From a virus (taxonomy: Duplodnaviria; Heunggongvirae; Uroviricota; Caudoviricetes): a DNA stretch of 64,000 nt. The stretch is from IMG/VR virus record IMGVR_UViG_3300022822_000008; one strand, given 5' to 3'. Every line of letters starts with the position of its first letter. The first letter of the stretch is position 1. Shown one piece after another: positions 63,575 through 64,000 of the stretch. Below the pieces are notes generated by a model. That model was not told the DNA's origin and did no database searches. It worked only from the letters and a program-made list of their open reading frames with translations. A program made the position numbers and the translations under genes.

Positions 63575-64000
63575 TTTGCTTCCTTTGTTTTAACGGCTAT
63601 GCCGTAGTCATTTTTGAGTTTATGTCTTTTAAAGTTTTCAATTGTACGTTCTGCATCTTTATAGGTATGATGACAGAACTCATGTACGTATGAGTTTTCC
63701 TTTCCCAAGAAGATGGAAATCCAGGACCCACAGATTGTGGCATATTCATACCAAAATAACCCAAGATGGCGTCTTCGAACGCCAAATTTACCATCGTTAA
63801 ATTCTACAATTTTCATGATTATGCCTTAGCGCCTGGAGTGAATTTATAAGAGATAGGTACAGTGGTATCCTTAACTTTAAAAACTAGCATTTCTTTAATT
63901 AAGGTATTAATGCCGGTTTTTTCATCATCGTTTAATTCATCATAGATTACCGTGGTTTTACGAACAAGAGCGGCGACTGCCATACGAGTTGGCCTACTGC

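Noticed and set aside
1-64000. CRISPR arrays, integrase/attachment sites and transposases
   Set aside because: No spaced direct-repeat array and no recombinase-like ORF were seen. The repeats present are promoter cassettes and gene duplications, not CRISPR or IS elements.

Overview
This AT-rich window (~36% GC) looks like the early/accessory region of a large T4-like (Tevenvirinae-type) lytic phage. Every convincing gene is on the minus strand. The + strand ORFs in the six-frame track overlap tRNAs or the antisense of real genes and are judged spurious.

The window has three parts:

1. Positions ~600-8550: a cluster of about 30 tRNA genes interspersed with small ORFs.
   - Several tRNAs are atypical: a tRNA-Gln paralog with anticodon UUA (candidate ochre suppressor), two tRNAs with an A54/T58-swapped T-loop, a tRNA-Ser with an oversized D-arm, and four CAT-anticodon tRNAs.
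   - There are also degenerate tRNA remnants.
   - A homing-endonuclease-like ORF sits at the cluster edge.

2. Positions ~8600-64000: ~130 densely packed, often start/stop-overlapping early genes. Recognisable ones are:
   - thymidylate synthase and serine hydroxymethyltransferase;
   - nicotinamide phosphoribosyltransferase with a PRPP-synthetase-like protein (NAD+ salvage);
   - a T7-type ATP-dependent DNA ligase;
   - an HD-domain small alarmone (ppGpp) hydrolase;
   - an SPFH/NfeD pair;
   - a Pol-beta-type nucleotidyltransferase;
   - a HAD deoxyribonucleotidase;
   - a metallophosphoesterase and a Cys-based protein phosphatase;
   - RNA-repair genes: RNA ligase 1, a polynucleotide kinase split into separate phosphatase and kinase ORFs in inverted order, and an Rnl2/Rnl5-like ligase next to a Hen1-like 2'-O-methyltransferase.

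3. Scattered throughout: at least 19 copies of a near-identical sigma70-type early-promoter cassette (-35 GTTGAC, 17-bp spacer, extended -10 TTGATATAAT), many with a conserved ATTGAATCGAAACAC leader, resembling the PeSL mobile regulatory cassettes of T4-type phages. Several tandem paralog families and one duplication-fused ORF are also present.

No CRISPR array and no integrase were seen. tRNA coordinates and anticodons come from manual cloverleaf folding and should be confirmed with tRNAscan-SE or ARAGORN.
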